From NCBI GenBank assembly GCA_963695555.1, contig CAVOGR010000003.1:21730-85729 (forward strand): a DNA stretch of 64,000 nt, in the 5' to 3' direction. The first letter of the stretch is position 1; each line of letters opens with the position of its first letter. Positions 42,819 through 53,075 of the stretch are shown here, in pieces. This DNA is from an uncultured Gemmatimonadales bacterium (GTDB lineage Bacteria; Gemmatimonadota; Gemmatimonadetes; Gemmatimonadales; GWC2-71-9). Below the pieces are notes generated by a model. The model saw only the letters and a program-made list of their open reading frames with translations. It did no database searches and was not told the DNA's origin. A program made the translations under genes and the position numbers.

Positions 42819-43507
42819 TCATGGCTCCGTGATGCCATGGGCCTCGAGCCCGTCCTTGAGCTGGGCCAGGACGGCCGTCAGCCGGCGGTGCACCTGAAAG
42901 CGTGAGCGCAAGCCTATCATCGGGCCGATCTTGCCCAGCGGTACGTCATCCTCGAACCGGAGCGTCAGGAGCAGTTGATCGGCGACATCGAGTGTTGCGA
43001 CGACACTGTCTCAGCGCCGTCCGGCGTTCCTCTCTCAGGACCTCCGCGTCGGGATGGGGACGTTTCCCGTCCCCCATTTGCTCCAAGTCGATCTCTGCGG
43101 CGACGAAGTCCACCAAGTTGCGTCTCGCGACATGTTCCAGGGCCTGGGCGGGGCTCGACTCCTGCGTCCGCTTGAAGCCGACCATGGGTGTGACGGTGGT
43201 GATCCACGCACAGCCGACGCGCGACCACGACCAACCAGGTGGTGAACTTTCCCCGACCGTCTGCCGCGAAGGCACGGAGCCGGCGACATCCATCGTCACG
43301 GAGCTGGTCCAGGATAAAGGCGTAGCGATCCATGGCGCCGTCATGACTCGGCGCGGTCCTTCGGGCGACCTTGAGCAGGAGCGTGCTGTACTCGTGGAGG
43401 AACGCCGCCCACGCGTGACCGCGGGTCACATCGTCGGATGCGGCGAGCACGCCAGCCAGCTGGGGTGGGACGAATGTGGACACCTGCGACCGCCCGGGGG
43501 TCATCAC
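42819..43507 (-). CDS. ECF-type sigma-70 factor (frameshifted)
   Basis: AWAAFLHEYS..LLKVARR, GKFTTWLVVVARRLCVDHHR (sigma2); region 4 LLLTLRFEDD..GKIG..IGL..FQVHRRL. Confidence 0.85.
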
Positions 43508-43679
43508 TGCATTCCGGGTCTACACTCCGTGAGGAGATCGTAAACATGTCATGAAGAATCTTCAGTGACAGGCGAGGTGCGCGGCGCCGGGCTGGGTGTC
43601 GGAGTGACGAGGCGGACGGGCGGCCCCGCAAGGGACCGCCCGCTACCGGTTCCAACGGTACTGGTGCTCCGCTGCTCAG

Positions 43680-44276
43680 CTAGTGCAACGAGATCTGGGT
43701 GTTGTCCTTGACACCGGTATTCCCGTTGTACGTCCGATTCCAATGCGCACTGAAGGCGGCGTCGGCGCCATTGGCCAGCACCAGTGTCCCATGGGCGCGA
43801 TACCCGAAGGCGTTGGCATTCGACCGACCGGCGCGGAAGCCGAAGTTGTCGGTGTACACGAGATCAGACACTCCGGTCGCCAGCGGCTCATAGATCTCGA
43901 GGAGATCGCAGCCACTGAAGCCAGGGAACGGCCACACCGTCGTCCTGAGGTCCTTTCCCTGAGCGAGCTCGAGAGTCCCTCGGTCGCCGGGAAGGGCGAC
44001 CTCATGCATCGGCACGATATCGACGTCGAAGGTACCATTGCAGAAATCACGGGGGTCGATACCGATGAACACGAACGTCCCGTCTTCCTCGTCGGTCCAA
44101 CCGACGGCCACCGACGTTTCGCCACGCATCACGATCCCCGATTGTGCCGGCGCGTGGTCGATGGCGAACGCGGGAGCCACTGCGGCGGCGTCCGAATCCG
44201 TGGACGAAGTAGGCTGCTCGTTGCAGCCGACGATTAACACGGCCCCCAGAGCGAGTGAACAGGCAGTGGTACGCAT
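43680..44276 (-). CDS. Hypothetical lipoprotein
   Basis: IVGC lipobox; AGGAGG RBS; 198 aa. Confidence 0.78.
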   Translation of the reverse strand: MRTTACSLALGAVLIVGCNEQPTSSTDSDAAAVAPAFAIDHAPAQSGIVMRGETSVAVGWTDEEDGTFVFIGIDPRDFCNGTFDVDIVPMHEVALPGDRGTLELAQGKDLRTTVWPFPGFSGCDLLEIYEPLATGVSDLVYTDNFGFRAGRSNANAFGYRAHGTLVLANGADAAFSAHWNRTYNGNTGVKDNTQISLH

Positions 44277-44358
44277 GAGCACCTCCTGAGCAGATGGGTC
44301 AGGAAACAATCCGAGACGGCTAGATCGCGGCGTGATAACCGCCGTTCCGTCTGTTTCC

Positions 44359-44389
44359 ATGACACGGATGTGCTCGGTGGATGGTGCGC
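44359..44389 (-). promoter_or_regulatory. Putative ECF promoter, copy C
   Basis: GCGCAC-N14-ATCCGTGTCAT upstream of the 44276 lipoprotein. Confidence 0.65.
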
Positions 44390-44487
44390 ACGGCCCACCC
44401 GATGCCCGGCCGTTGTCAGCTATCAGCTATTGGCTCTCGGCAATCAGCAACGGTGGGAAGCAGAAGGGCCTGCTCCAACTCCCTGAA

Positions 44488-44542
44488 CTCGCGCGGCTGA
44501 AGCCGCTGCTCGGCACTGCGTCGCTCCGCGACGCGTACAGGC
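44488..44542 (+). repeat. Solo REP-like double-hairpin repeat, copy 4
   Basis: ctcgcgcggctgaagccgctgctcggcactgcgtcgctccgcgacgcgtacaggc, same family as the tnpA-flanking copies. Confidence 0.85.
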
Positions 44543-44612
44543 AGACATCCCGCGCTTGAGGGACTGCCTCTAGTCTCTCCGGGACCGGCCAGGGTGGCCG
44601 TACGATGTGCGG

Positions 44613-46502
44613 TCACAATCGATGGCCCTCTTCCTCCTCAGAGCCCGGGAATTGGATCACGCAATGCAGCCGCCGCAAGAACGGCTCGTCCACGCTCCGG
44701 TGCAGATTGGTGGCCAGAATCACCACCCCTTCGTACTCCTCTATCTTCTGCAGGAGATTGTCGATCTCGGGGTTGGCGTATCGGTCATGTGCGTCTCTCA
44801 CCTCGGTACGCTTGCCGAACAGGGCATCTCCCTCGTCGAAGAAGAGAACCGCCTTGGCCGCACCCGCCTTCTCGAATACCAGGGCCAGGTTCTTCTCCGT
44901 CTCGCCGATGTACTTGGACACCACCCGTGAGAAGTCGACCCGGTAAAGATCCAAGCCGAGTTCATTCGCGATGATCGCCGCCGCCATCGTCTTTCCCGTT
45001 CCAGAACCACCTGAGAAGAGTGCGGAGAGTCCCGGGCCCTGGCCGGCCTTCCGAGCAAGGGTCTGGAGTTGCTGAACCACATCTGCCGGAAGGCCTGTTT
45101 CCTCCCATGTGTGGTGGAACGCGATCTTCTCCATCAGCGTTTCAATCTTCCGATCGGATTGTGGCGTCGTGTCCGACCTGCCGAAGACACCAATCCCAGC
45201 CAAGGCCGCGCCCACAAACGGCAAGGCGAGCACCCACACGCGGAGGCCGAACCACCCGCCACCCGCTATCCCGTCCAGCGCCAGGAGCGCCAGGCCGGCG
45301 CACACCAGTGCGGCGCCGAGCACCGGTCGCCAGGCCGTGATGGGCCGCCCTGTTCCACCGCGCTCGAACCGGCCGAACACGAGCGCGAACGGAATGAGCG
45401 CCAGGGCATAGACTAGCAACCATACCGGCCGCGCCGCCCACCAGACCGCCGCTCCCGGGCGAGAGCGTCAGTCCCACGTCGCCCGCGAGGAGGGCCAGGC
45501 CGATCACGAGCGACGAGGCGGTCAAGTGCCACAGGAACACCGTCATGATCATGCCGTTCACCAGCACGGTCCAGGTCCATGGCGTCCCGCGGCGGAGCCA
45601 GCGCCGGAACGGCGATTCGATCGAGAGCAGCAGTCCGGTCTGCACGATCGCCGATTGCGAGCATCGGGAGCTTGGGCGGCAGCGTGTTGCTCACCGCCTC
45701 GCCGGGCACGCTCACCATGCTCACCGGATAGGGCCCGAACGCGACCATGCCGGCCAACAGCACCGCACCGGCGAGCGCCCATGCGAGCGCCTTCCGCGGC
45801 CCCTCGAAGTAGCCGTCCCGCCAGGCGTAGCCTAGCTGGTGCACCGCGACCCAGATGAACGCGTAGTTGAGCCAGCCGATCGAGCGGACGCCGGCGGCGA
45901 AGAACAGCGCGTCGTCGGCCACGGCGAGCAGTGCGAGCACCGCAAACGAGGCGAGCCCGAAGCGCTGCCATGCGGCGTAGGTCGCGGGCACGAGCACGAC
46001 CACCATCACATACACCGCCAGGAACCAGATCGGCACCAGCGCCACCTGGGACCCGACGCGGATCATCTCGGACTCCACACCGAGTCTACCGGCGATGGCG
46101 CCGGCGATGGCCCAGAGCAGCAGGAGCGGAAGAACCGGCCCGACCAGACGCTGGAGCCTGGAGCGGAGCCACTCGCCGTAGGTCTTACCCGAGCGCGTCG
46201 CGGACTTCCACGACACGCCGTTGGAGTAGCCGCCGACCAGGAAGAAGATCGGCATCACCTGGAACACCCAGGTGAGCCACCGGGTCCAGGGCTCGAATTC
46301 GAGCAGGCTCGCTGACCGTGGGCCGGCCATCGACCAGGTACAGCACCCCGACCATCCAGTGGCCGGTGATCACGGCGCCGATCGACACCGCGCGCAGGAA
46401 ATCGACGTAGCGATTGCGCGATTCGGGCGTGCCTGCCGCGACAGCGGCCGCACGGGACCAGAGCGTCTGCTTGGCCCGAGTGGGGGCCGCGCTCCCGCTC
46501 AC
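44613..46502 (-). CDS. Acyltransferase-3 family membrane protein (frameshifted) continuing in frame into a truncated AAA ATPase
   Basis: RNRYVDFLRA..GHW, QVMPIFFLVGG, WFLAVY; then GGSGTGKT, VVSKYIGETEKNL, LFFDEGDALFGKR, ATN. Confidence 0.75.
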
Positions 46503-46515
46503 CGAGGTACCGGGG

Positions 46516-47104
46516 CTATGCGCCCACCATCGCTTCCGCCTTCAGGACCTTCTGGAATTCGCGCAGCCACGCCGGGTGGGCCGGCCAGGCCGGTGCCGTG
46601 ACCAGATTCCCGTCGACGTGCGCCTCGGGCCAGTCTTTCTCCACGAACGTGCCGCCCGCCGCCGACACCTCAGGGCCCGCAGGCGGGATAGGCCGAGCAC
46701 TTCCGGCCCTTCAGCACGCCTGCAGCCGCGAGCAGTTGCGCCCCGTGGCAGATGGCCGCCACCGGCTTGTCGGCCGACATGAAGTGCCGCACGATGCCGA
46801 GCACCTCTTCGTTGAGTCGCAGATACTCGGGCGCCCGACCGCCCGGAATGACCAGCGCGTCGTAGTCGCTCGCCTTGATGTCGGCAAAGGTCGCGTTCAG
46901 GGCGAAGTTGTGCCCCGGCTTCTCGGTGTAGGTCTGATCGCCCTCGAAATCGTGCACCGCCGTCTTCACGGTCTGTCCGGCCTTCTTGTCGGGGCATACC
47001 GCGTCGACCGAGTGCCCCACCATCTGCAGCGCCTGGAACGGCACCATGACCTCGTAGTCCTCCACGAAGTCTCCCACCAGCATCAGTATCTTTTTCGGCA
47101 TCAT
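46516..47104 (-). CDS. DJ-1/PfpI family protein (frameshifted)
   Basis: [35 protein letters not shown]. Confidence 0.9.
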
Positions 47105-47230
47105 GCCCTCCGCTTCAACGGTTCGTTCTCGCGTGTCCGTCCTCGTCTTCCGACCAATGTCGAACTCACCGAAACGGCCTGCTTCTCGGTCGTGCCATCG
47201 GACTGCTTGAGGATAGACCGGACGGAGCGA

Positions 47231-47575
47231 TCAGGCTACCGGACGGCCGAGCCCGTACCGTTGCCTGAGCCGCCGGGTCTCGAATGCCAACGTCGAGAAG
47301 GCGGTGAGGCTGGCCACGGTCCCGAGTATCAGGACGAGCCGAAGGACCGGTTCTCCCGGACTGCAGCCGGTCACTGGCCAGGCGAACCAGGGTGCGCAGC
47401 CACTCGAGCGCACCCAGCAACAGCGCCACCTGAACCAGACGGGCCACCCAGCGCTTCCTGACCGGGAGGAGGGCGAGCAGCAGGACGACTGCGGCAAGCA
47501 TCAGCACGTTCGGGCCGCGCAGGAAGTGCGCGCCGAGTATTAGCAGGCTCAGGACGACGGGAATCAGGGGCAGTG
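47231..47575 (-). CDS. Small membrane protein (frameshifted, start uncertain)
   Basis: VVLSLLILGAHFLR..LGALEWLRT / RLVLILGTVA. Confidence 0.6.
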
Positions 47576-48139
47576 GGGAGATCCCTCAGTCGGGGTTGGA
47601 TCGGGAAACTCAATTGACGCAGGCTTCCACGACTCCGGGTCTCCAAAGATTCCTCGTCGGTAGCTGACGACTTCGATCCGGACCGGGACAACCTCGATCA
47701 GCAGGTAACTGGCCTCGCGATCCGGGTAGAACTGGTTCCATTCCTCCTTCCACCGGCTGGCCTTCTCGGCCGGGTCGTCCACCAGCCGGGCGGTGCCGTA
47801 GACCGACACGTACCCGTCCGCCTCGGGGGCCGGGTAGTAGAGCGTCACCCGGGGGTCGTTGGCGATCTCCGCGACCTTCCGGCTCCGCCGGTTGGTGCCG
47901 AACCAGACGACCATGTTCTCGTCGGGCGGGAACGGATCCATGGTCCGGACCCGCGGCTGGCCGGACTCATCGAGCGTGATCAGCGCATTGAACCGGGTGG
48001 CGGCGATGATCTCGCGCGCGGCGGCGATCAGGGTGTCGCGAGACGCGGGCTCCGCACCGACTTGGGCGTGGAGAGTCGGTAGCGATGCGGAGCAGCAAAT
48101 GGCCGAGACGGCCACCGCACAGCGAGCAAGGGTTCTCAT
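47564..48139 (-). CDS. Pyridoxamine 5'-phosphate oxidase-like FMN-binding protein with signal peptide
   Basis: LITLDESGQPRVRTM, WFGTNRRSRKV.EI..DPRVTLYY. Confidence 0.8.
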   Translation of the reverse strand: MRTLARCAVAVSAICCSASLPTLHAQVGAEPASRDTLIAAAREIIAATRFNALITLDESGQPRVRTMDPFPPDENMVVWFGTNRRSRKVAEIANDPRVTLYYPAPEADGYVSVYGTARLVDDPAEKASRWKEEWNQFYPDREASYLLIEVVPVRIEVVSYRRGIFGDPESWKPASIEFPDPTPTEGSPHCP

Positions 48140-48506
48140 GATCAGTCCCGAAGTTCCGAGAGTCGACGCGGCGTCGTGGCACTTCATGTCCACATGCTTC
48201 CTTCGACCAGGAAGAAGGTAATCACGAAGAGCATAGTCAACACTGCCGCTACGACGATCCACCACAGGGCGCCCCATGGCCGGTCGGACATTCCAAGGGA
48301 TCGAGCAATCGGGTAGCAGGAGCGGAGAATGCAGCGCTTGGCCCGCGTGATATACCGGCCCAGAATGTCTGAGAGGCGCGTGCCGAACCTTCCAGCCAGT
48401 TGTCCCGCTAGCGGGCCACGGCGGGTGAAAACGTGCATGGTCCCCTTGCGTTGCCTTGCGGTTGAGTGTGACGAAAGTCCCCTGTGCACCTGCGGAGGGC
48501 CCATGC

Positions 48507-49109
48507 TCAAGTCGGCAAGGGCTTGTCCGCGACGAACCATGCCATGGAGTACCACGTCTCCCGTGAGGCGACGGGTGTGAACCCCGCCTGCTCGAGTCCT
48601 GCGAGGAATCCCTTGCGGTCGAAGCGGTCCTCTTGCGGGTGATGGAACAGGCGGCGGATGATCGGGTGCCGCAGCGCCTCGGCGAGGACTTCTTCCGCGT
48701 AGAACCGGCCGCCCGGTTTGAGGACCCGGCAGACCTCGGCCAGGGCGTCTCGCCAGCGCGGGATGTGATGCACGATGCCGAAGTCGAAGACGGCATCGTA
48801 GGTGTCGTCTGGCGCAGGAATGGCCAGCGCGTCACCCGTCCAGAGGCGCGACCGGGATTTCCGCCGGGCTAGCCGCCTCCGAGCAAGCTGCACCATCCGA
48901 GGGTCGAGATCGAACGCGTCGACCGAGGCGGCACCGAATTGATCCAACACGATGCCCGCGCCCACCCCTCGGCCGCAGCCGATCTCGAGCACTCGACCAC
49001 CCGGCACCGGGCCGCCCATCCGAAGCAGCCGGTGAGCCTCCACGTGCCGCTGTACCGCCGCGCGGAGGGGATTGTTCATGAGATGGTACTCAAAGCGATT
49101 CAGCAGCAT
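48507..49109 (-). CDS. Class I SAM-dependent methyltransferase
   Basis: VLEIGCGRG, DLD, GDA, RVLKPGG. Confidence 0.88.
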   Translation of the reverse strand: MLLNRFEYHLMNNPLRAAVQRHVEAHRLLRMGGPVPGGRVLEIGCGRGVGAGIVLDQFGAASVDAFDLDPRMVQLARRRLARRKSRSRLWTGDALAIPAPDDTYDAVFDFGIVHHIPRWRDALAEVCRVLKPGGRFYAEEVLAEALRHPIIRRLFHHPQEDRFDRKGFLAGLEQAGFTPVASRETWYSMAWFVADKPLPT

Positions 49110-49127
49110 CGGCGGGTGAGCTAGGAC

Positions 49128-50564
49128 TCAGCCCAAGGCTACGGTCGACGTGCCCTTCAGCTCGGCCAGGAACCCGCGGGCCCAATCGTGGACCGTGTGA
49201 CGCCGCACGACGTCGCGCATGGCCTGCATCCGGGTGGCGGCTTCGGCCGGCGTCATCTCCAAGGCGTCCCTCATCCCCTCGGCCACCCCGTCGACGTCAT
49301 ACGGATTCACCAGGATCGCGGAGCTGAGCTCCGCCGCGGCACCGGCGAACTCGCTCAACACGAGCACGCCCGTGTCTTCCACTCGCGCCGCCACGTATTC
49401 CTTGGCCACCAGGTTCATCCCGTCGGCCAGCGGTGTCACCAACATGACGTCGGCAGCGCGATACATGGCGATCAATTCGCGGAATGGGAGGTTCCGGCGC
49501 AGGTAATGCACCGCGGCAACACCGACCTCGCCATGCTCTCCGTTGATCTGTCCCACTAATTCCTCGACCTGCCGGCGGAGCACCCGGTATTCCTTGATCC
49601 GTTCCCGGCTCGGCACCGCGATCTGCACCAGGACCGACTCCCGCACCGTGGACATGCCGGACCGGAGAAGCTCTTGGTACGCCTTGAGCCTGAGATCGAT
49701 TCCCTTGGTGTAGTCCAGCCGGTCCACTCCCAGAATGAGCTTCCGGCCGGCACCCAGCGTCTTGTGAAAATGTTCGGTGCGTTTCGCGACGTCGGGTTCC
49801 CGCGCCGCCGCGTCGAACCGGTCGAACTCGATGGAAATCGGGAACGCGTCGATCCGGACCGATCGGCCCTTGTAGCTCAGCCGCCCGCCGGTCGCCCCGC
49901 GCCGATCGAAGCCGTACCCGCCCAGGACATTCTGCCGCCGAGCCGATTCCAACAGGTTGCCGACGCAGGTGCGCGTTTGGAGCCCGAGCACGTCGGCACT
50001 CAGCACCCCGTCCAAGACCTCCTCCCGCCATGGGAGGCGTGCCAAGAGATCGGGCGATGGACACGGCGTGTGTAGGAAGAACCCCAGCTTGAGATCAGGC
50101 CGCACGGAGCGGAGCATGGCCGGCACCAGTTGGAGATGGTAGTCGTGCACCCATACCACGGCACCCACGTCGGCAGCGTCGGCGGCCGCGTCCGCGAAGC
50201 GCCGGTTGACTTGCTCATAACTCCGCCACCAGTGGCGGTGGTACTCCGGTGGCAAGACCGCTTGATGGTACAGCGGCCACAGTGTGCGGTTACACGCCCC
50301 CTCGTAGAAGTCGGCGTATTCGGACATACTGATGGACACGGGAATGTTGAAGATGCCGTCGTGGACGAATGGATCGGTCTTGGAATCGCGCTCTCCCGTC
50401 CACCCGACCCATGCTCCGCCCATTTCGCGCGTGATGGGGACCAGCGCCGATACCAAGCCTCCCGGGCTCGTCTCCCACGTCTCGTGCCCCTTCCGCACGA
50501 TTCGGCGGACCGGCAGGGTGTTGGCCACCATGACGAGTGAGAACTTCTTGCCGCGGGTGCTCAC
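49128..50564 (-). CDS. otsA: Trehalose-6-phosphate synthase
   Basis: SPGGL, LWPLYH, WVHDYHL, GVDRLDYTKG, DGMNLVAKEY, LSEFAGAA. Confidence 0.93.
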   Translation of the reverse strand: MSTRGKKFSLVMVANTLPVRRIVRKGHETWETSPGGLVSALVPITREMGGAWVGWTGERDSKTDPFVHDGIFNIPVSISMSEYADFYEGACNRTLWPLYHQAVLPPEYHRHWWRSYEQVNRRFADAAADAADVGAVVWVHDYHLQLVPAMLRSVRPDLKLGFFLHTPCPSPDLLARLPWREEVLDGVLSADVLGLQTRTCVGNLLESARRQNVLGGYGFDRRGATGGRLSYKGRSVRIDAFPISIEFDRFDAAAREPDVAKRTEHFHKTLGAGRKLILGVDRLDYTKGIDLRLKAYQELLRSGMSTVRESVLVQIAVPSRERIKEYRVLRRQVEELVGQINGEHGEVGVAAVHYLRRNLPFRELIAMYRAADVMLVTPLADGMNLVAKEYVAARVEDTGVLVLSEFAGAAAELSSAILVNPYDVDGVAEGMRDALEMTPAEAATRMQAMRDVVRRHTVHDWARGFLAELKGTSTVALG

Positions 50565-50633
50565 GGTCTTCCCAACGCAAAGAGGAACGAGGAGATGCCC
50601 AGCGTCCCAATAACTTACATCGATCGGCCCCGA

Positions 50634-52115
50634 TTAGGGCAGATGAGGCTGCGCCTGGGCGAAGAGCTGCATCCAGCGAGACAATTGGCCGAACACAAGG
50701 AAGCTATCGTGGACGTGACGCCGGGCATTCCGGCCCCATGCGGCCCGACTCTCCGGATCGGCCAACATCTCATCCAGCACCGTCGCGATGGTTTCGATCG
50801 CGGTCGGATCGTCGATCATGCGGCCGTCGACCGCGTCACGGACCTGCTGCCGCGGACCACAAGCCTGCCAGTTGGAGAGAATCGGGACTCGCTTCCACAT
50901 GGCCTCTGCAATGGTCAGGCCGAACCCCTCGCGCAACGAGTTCTGGACCACAACGGACGAGGCCCGTTGAATCGCGTTCACCATGAGCGCATTCTCGGTG
51001 GGCGATTGCATCGGCAGCGCGACGATGGCAATGTCGTCCTGGATCGCCGGGGGCAGGCCGGCGTACAGTGCCCTGAGACTCTCGAGAACGTCGCGACCTT
51101 CGGGGTCGTCCTGGATCGATGCGGGGTCGGGACCCGCGAGCACCAACCGGACCAGCTCCTGGCGAACACGATGCACCGGGTCCTTCGACCACCCGCCCTT
51201 GGCGAGCGTTGCCTTGTAATGGGCGAACGCTTGCAGCAGGGGTTCGAACCCCTTGAGCCGGTCCCACCGCGAAATCTGAGTCACGATCGGCCTGGTAAAG
51301 AGGCCGAAATCGCCCCGCTCGGTCGCCGGCACGAATCGGCCATCGGGCGAGAGGCGCTCTGCCTGCCATTGGTAGGGCGGTGTCACCAACGGGCCCGGGG
51401 CCACCGCCAGACCTGCGTTCGACAGCACGCCCGCGGTCTTATGAAGGCCCAATTGCCGGTTCTTGGGCGAGAGGGGATCGATCCCGGGGCGAATGATCGT
51501 GGCACGCCCGGTGAAGGACGGCGGGATGTAGTCGGGTGCCGAGAAGATGGCGTGGTCGTAGGCGCCGGCCCAGGGCTCGAGGAACTCCCACGCGGAGCGA
51601 GTGGCGGGCGTTTCCTGGTCCAACCCGATATGACAGCGCCAGACGGCAAAGACGTCCAACTCTTCCTTCAGCATAGCCGCCAAGGGCATCGGCTGCGGAT
51701 CATGCACGATCAGGATGTCGCCGGCCCGGACCTTCGACCTGAGAAACGCCGCATTCTCACGGTTCACCTTCTCGAACAGCTCCCGGTCGGACCGGTCGAA
51801 TCCCGGGGCTCCGTCCCCGTGCACCAGGTTGTGGATCCGCTTGGTCAAATCGAAGAACCGCGGCTCATCCGATTCGATCACCACCCACTCGACGTTGCAG
51901 TCGAGGTCGCGGAGCAACGTGATCATGGTTGGGAGCATTTCGGCCACACCGCCACCTTGCGGGGTCGAGTTGACCATCCACAGGGTCCGCTCGCGCAAGT
52001 TTGCCAGCACGGGGCCGGCATCGAGCTGCAACGTCTGGACAGCGGCTGCCAGGTCGGCTACCAGTGCGAAGTCCGAGAGGTGGTTGGGTGCATTGACTTC
52101 GACCGTGAATGCCAC
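50634..52115 (-). CDS. treT: Trehalose glycosyltransferring synthase-like GT4
   Basis: VNSTPQGGGVAEML, HDPQP, WRCHI, QISRWDRLK, REGFGLTIAEAMWK; GGAGGAG before GTG. Confidence 0.8.
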   Translation of the reverse strand: MAFTVEVNAPNHLSDFALVADLAAAVQTLQLDAGPVLANLRERTLWMVNSTPQGGGVAEMLPTMITLLRDLDCNVEWVVIESDEPRFFDLTKRIHNLVHGDGAPGFDRSDRELFEKVNRENAAFLRSKVRAGDILIVHDPQPMPLAAMLKEELDVFAVWRCHIGLDQETPATRSAWEFLEPWAGAYDHAIFSAPDYIPPSFTGRATIIRPGIDPLSPKNRQLGLHKTAGVLSNAGLAVAPGPLVTPPYQWQAERLSPDGRFVPATERGDFGLFTRPIVTQISRWDRLKGFEPLLQAFAHYKATLAKGGWSKDPVHRVRQELVRLVLAGPDPASIQDDPEGRDVLESLRALYAGLPPAIQDDIAIVALPMQSPTENALMVNAIQRASSVVVQNSLREGFGLTIAEAMWKRVPILSNWQACGPRQQVRDAVDGRMIDDPTAIETIATVLDEMLADPESRAAWGRNARRHVHDSFLVFGQLSRWMQLFAQAQPHLP

Positions 52116-52251
52116 AGGATTCTCCTCCCTCATCGATCGACGCAGACAGCCTGGACGAGTCCAGGGTGAGAGGCGGTCTGTCAATGTAAACGATGATTTC
52201 CCCTATATTGTGGGAATCGTATTCTCGTGTTCCTCCTCCCTTTGAGACCGC

Positions 52252-53075
52252 GTGCGAAAGCTGCCAGTGTCGACTCCAGACTTCGATATCGAGCGCGAGC
52301 CCACCGCTCCTCGGCCGCCACTCCCTGGGCCGAAGGACGCGTGGGCCTTTTTCCTCGACGTGGACGGCACCCTGCTTGATATCGCGCCGACACCTGAGAG
52401 TGTCGCTCCCCGGGCCGATACGGTGGACTTGCTCGAGCGGCTCGCCCATGCGGCCGGGGGAGCGGTGGCGTTGGTCAGCGGGCGGCCGATCCGCCAGCTG
52501 GACCAACTCTTCACGCCGCTCAGCCTGGCGGCCGCCGGGCTCCACGGGCTCGAATGGCGGAGCGCCGATGGGACGATGCACCCGGCGGACGCGAGTCGTA
52601 CCGGACCTGGCGCGGACGGTGGAGAAGCTCGAGGAGTTTGTCAGGCAGCACCCCGGCACGCCGAGTCGAGGACAAGGGCATGACCGTGGCGCTCCACTAT
52701 CGTCAGGCCCCGGCCGCGGAGCCGGACGCACGGCGCTCAATCGACGAACTCGCCCGCCGCCTCGGAGACCGCGTTCACGTACAGGAAGGCAAGATGGTGC
52801 TGGAAATCAAGTCGATCGACGCGCACAAGGGCATGGTGGTGGAGCGATTCCTTGTGGAGAAACCGTTTGCCGGCCGGGCGCCGGTGTTCATCGGAGACGA
52901 TGTGACCGACGAGGATGCCTTTGCCGTCGTGAACCGCCACGGTGGATACTCCATCCGGGTTGGCACGGAGCGGACCGGGCCAAGCGCAGCTCGATGGGCC
53001 CTGGCTACGCCCGGTCAAGTCCATTCGTGGCTGGGCCGCGTGGCAGACTGCCTCGAGCGGAAGGAGCAGCGGTGA
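52252..53075 (+). CDS. otsB: Trehalose-6-phosphate phosphatase (frameshifted)
   Basis: FLDVDGTL, VSGR, GLHG, VEDK..ALHYR, GKMVLEI, HKG, IGDDVTDEDAF. Confidence 0.9.

Noticed and set aside
39184..43507. Type III-E Craspase locus (TPR-CHAT plus sigma)
   Set aside because: No Cas7-11, Csx30/31 or array; this CHAT has an export signal.
48184..48291. Possible 35-aa membrane peptide (MSDRPWGALWWIVV...)
   Set aside because: One hydrophobic stretch only, with an uncertain start; not enough support to call.
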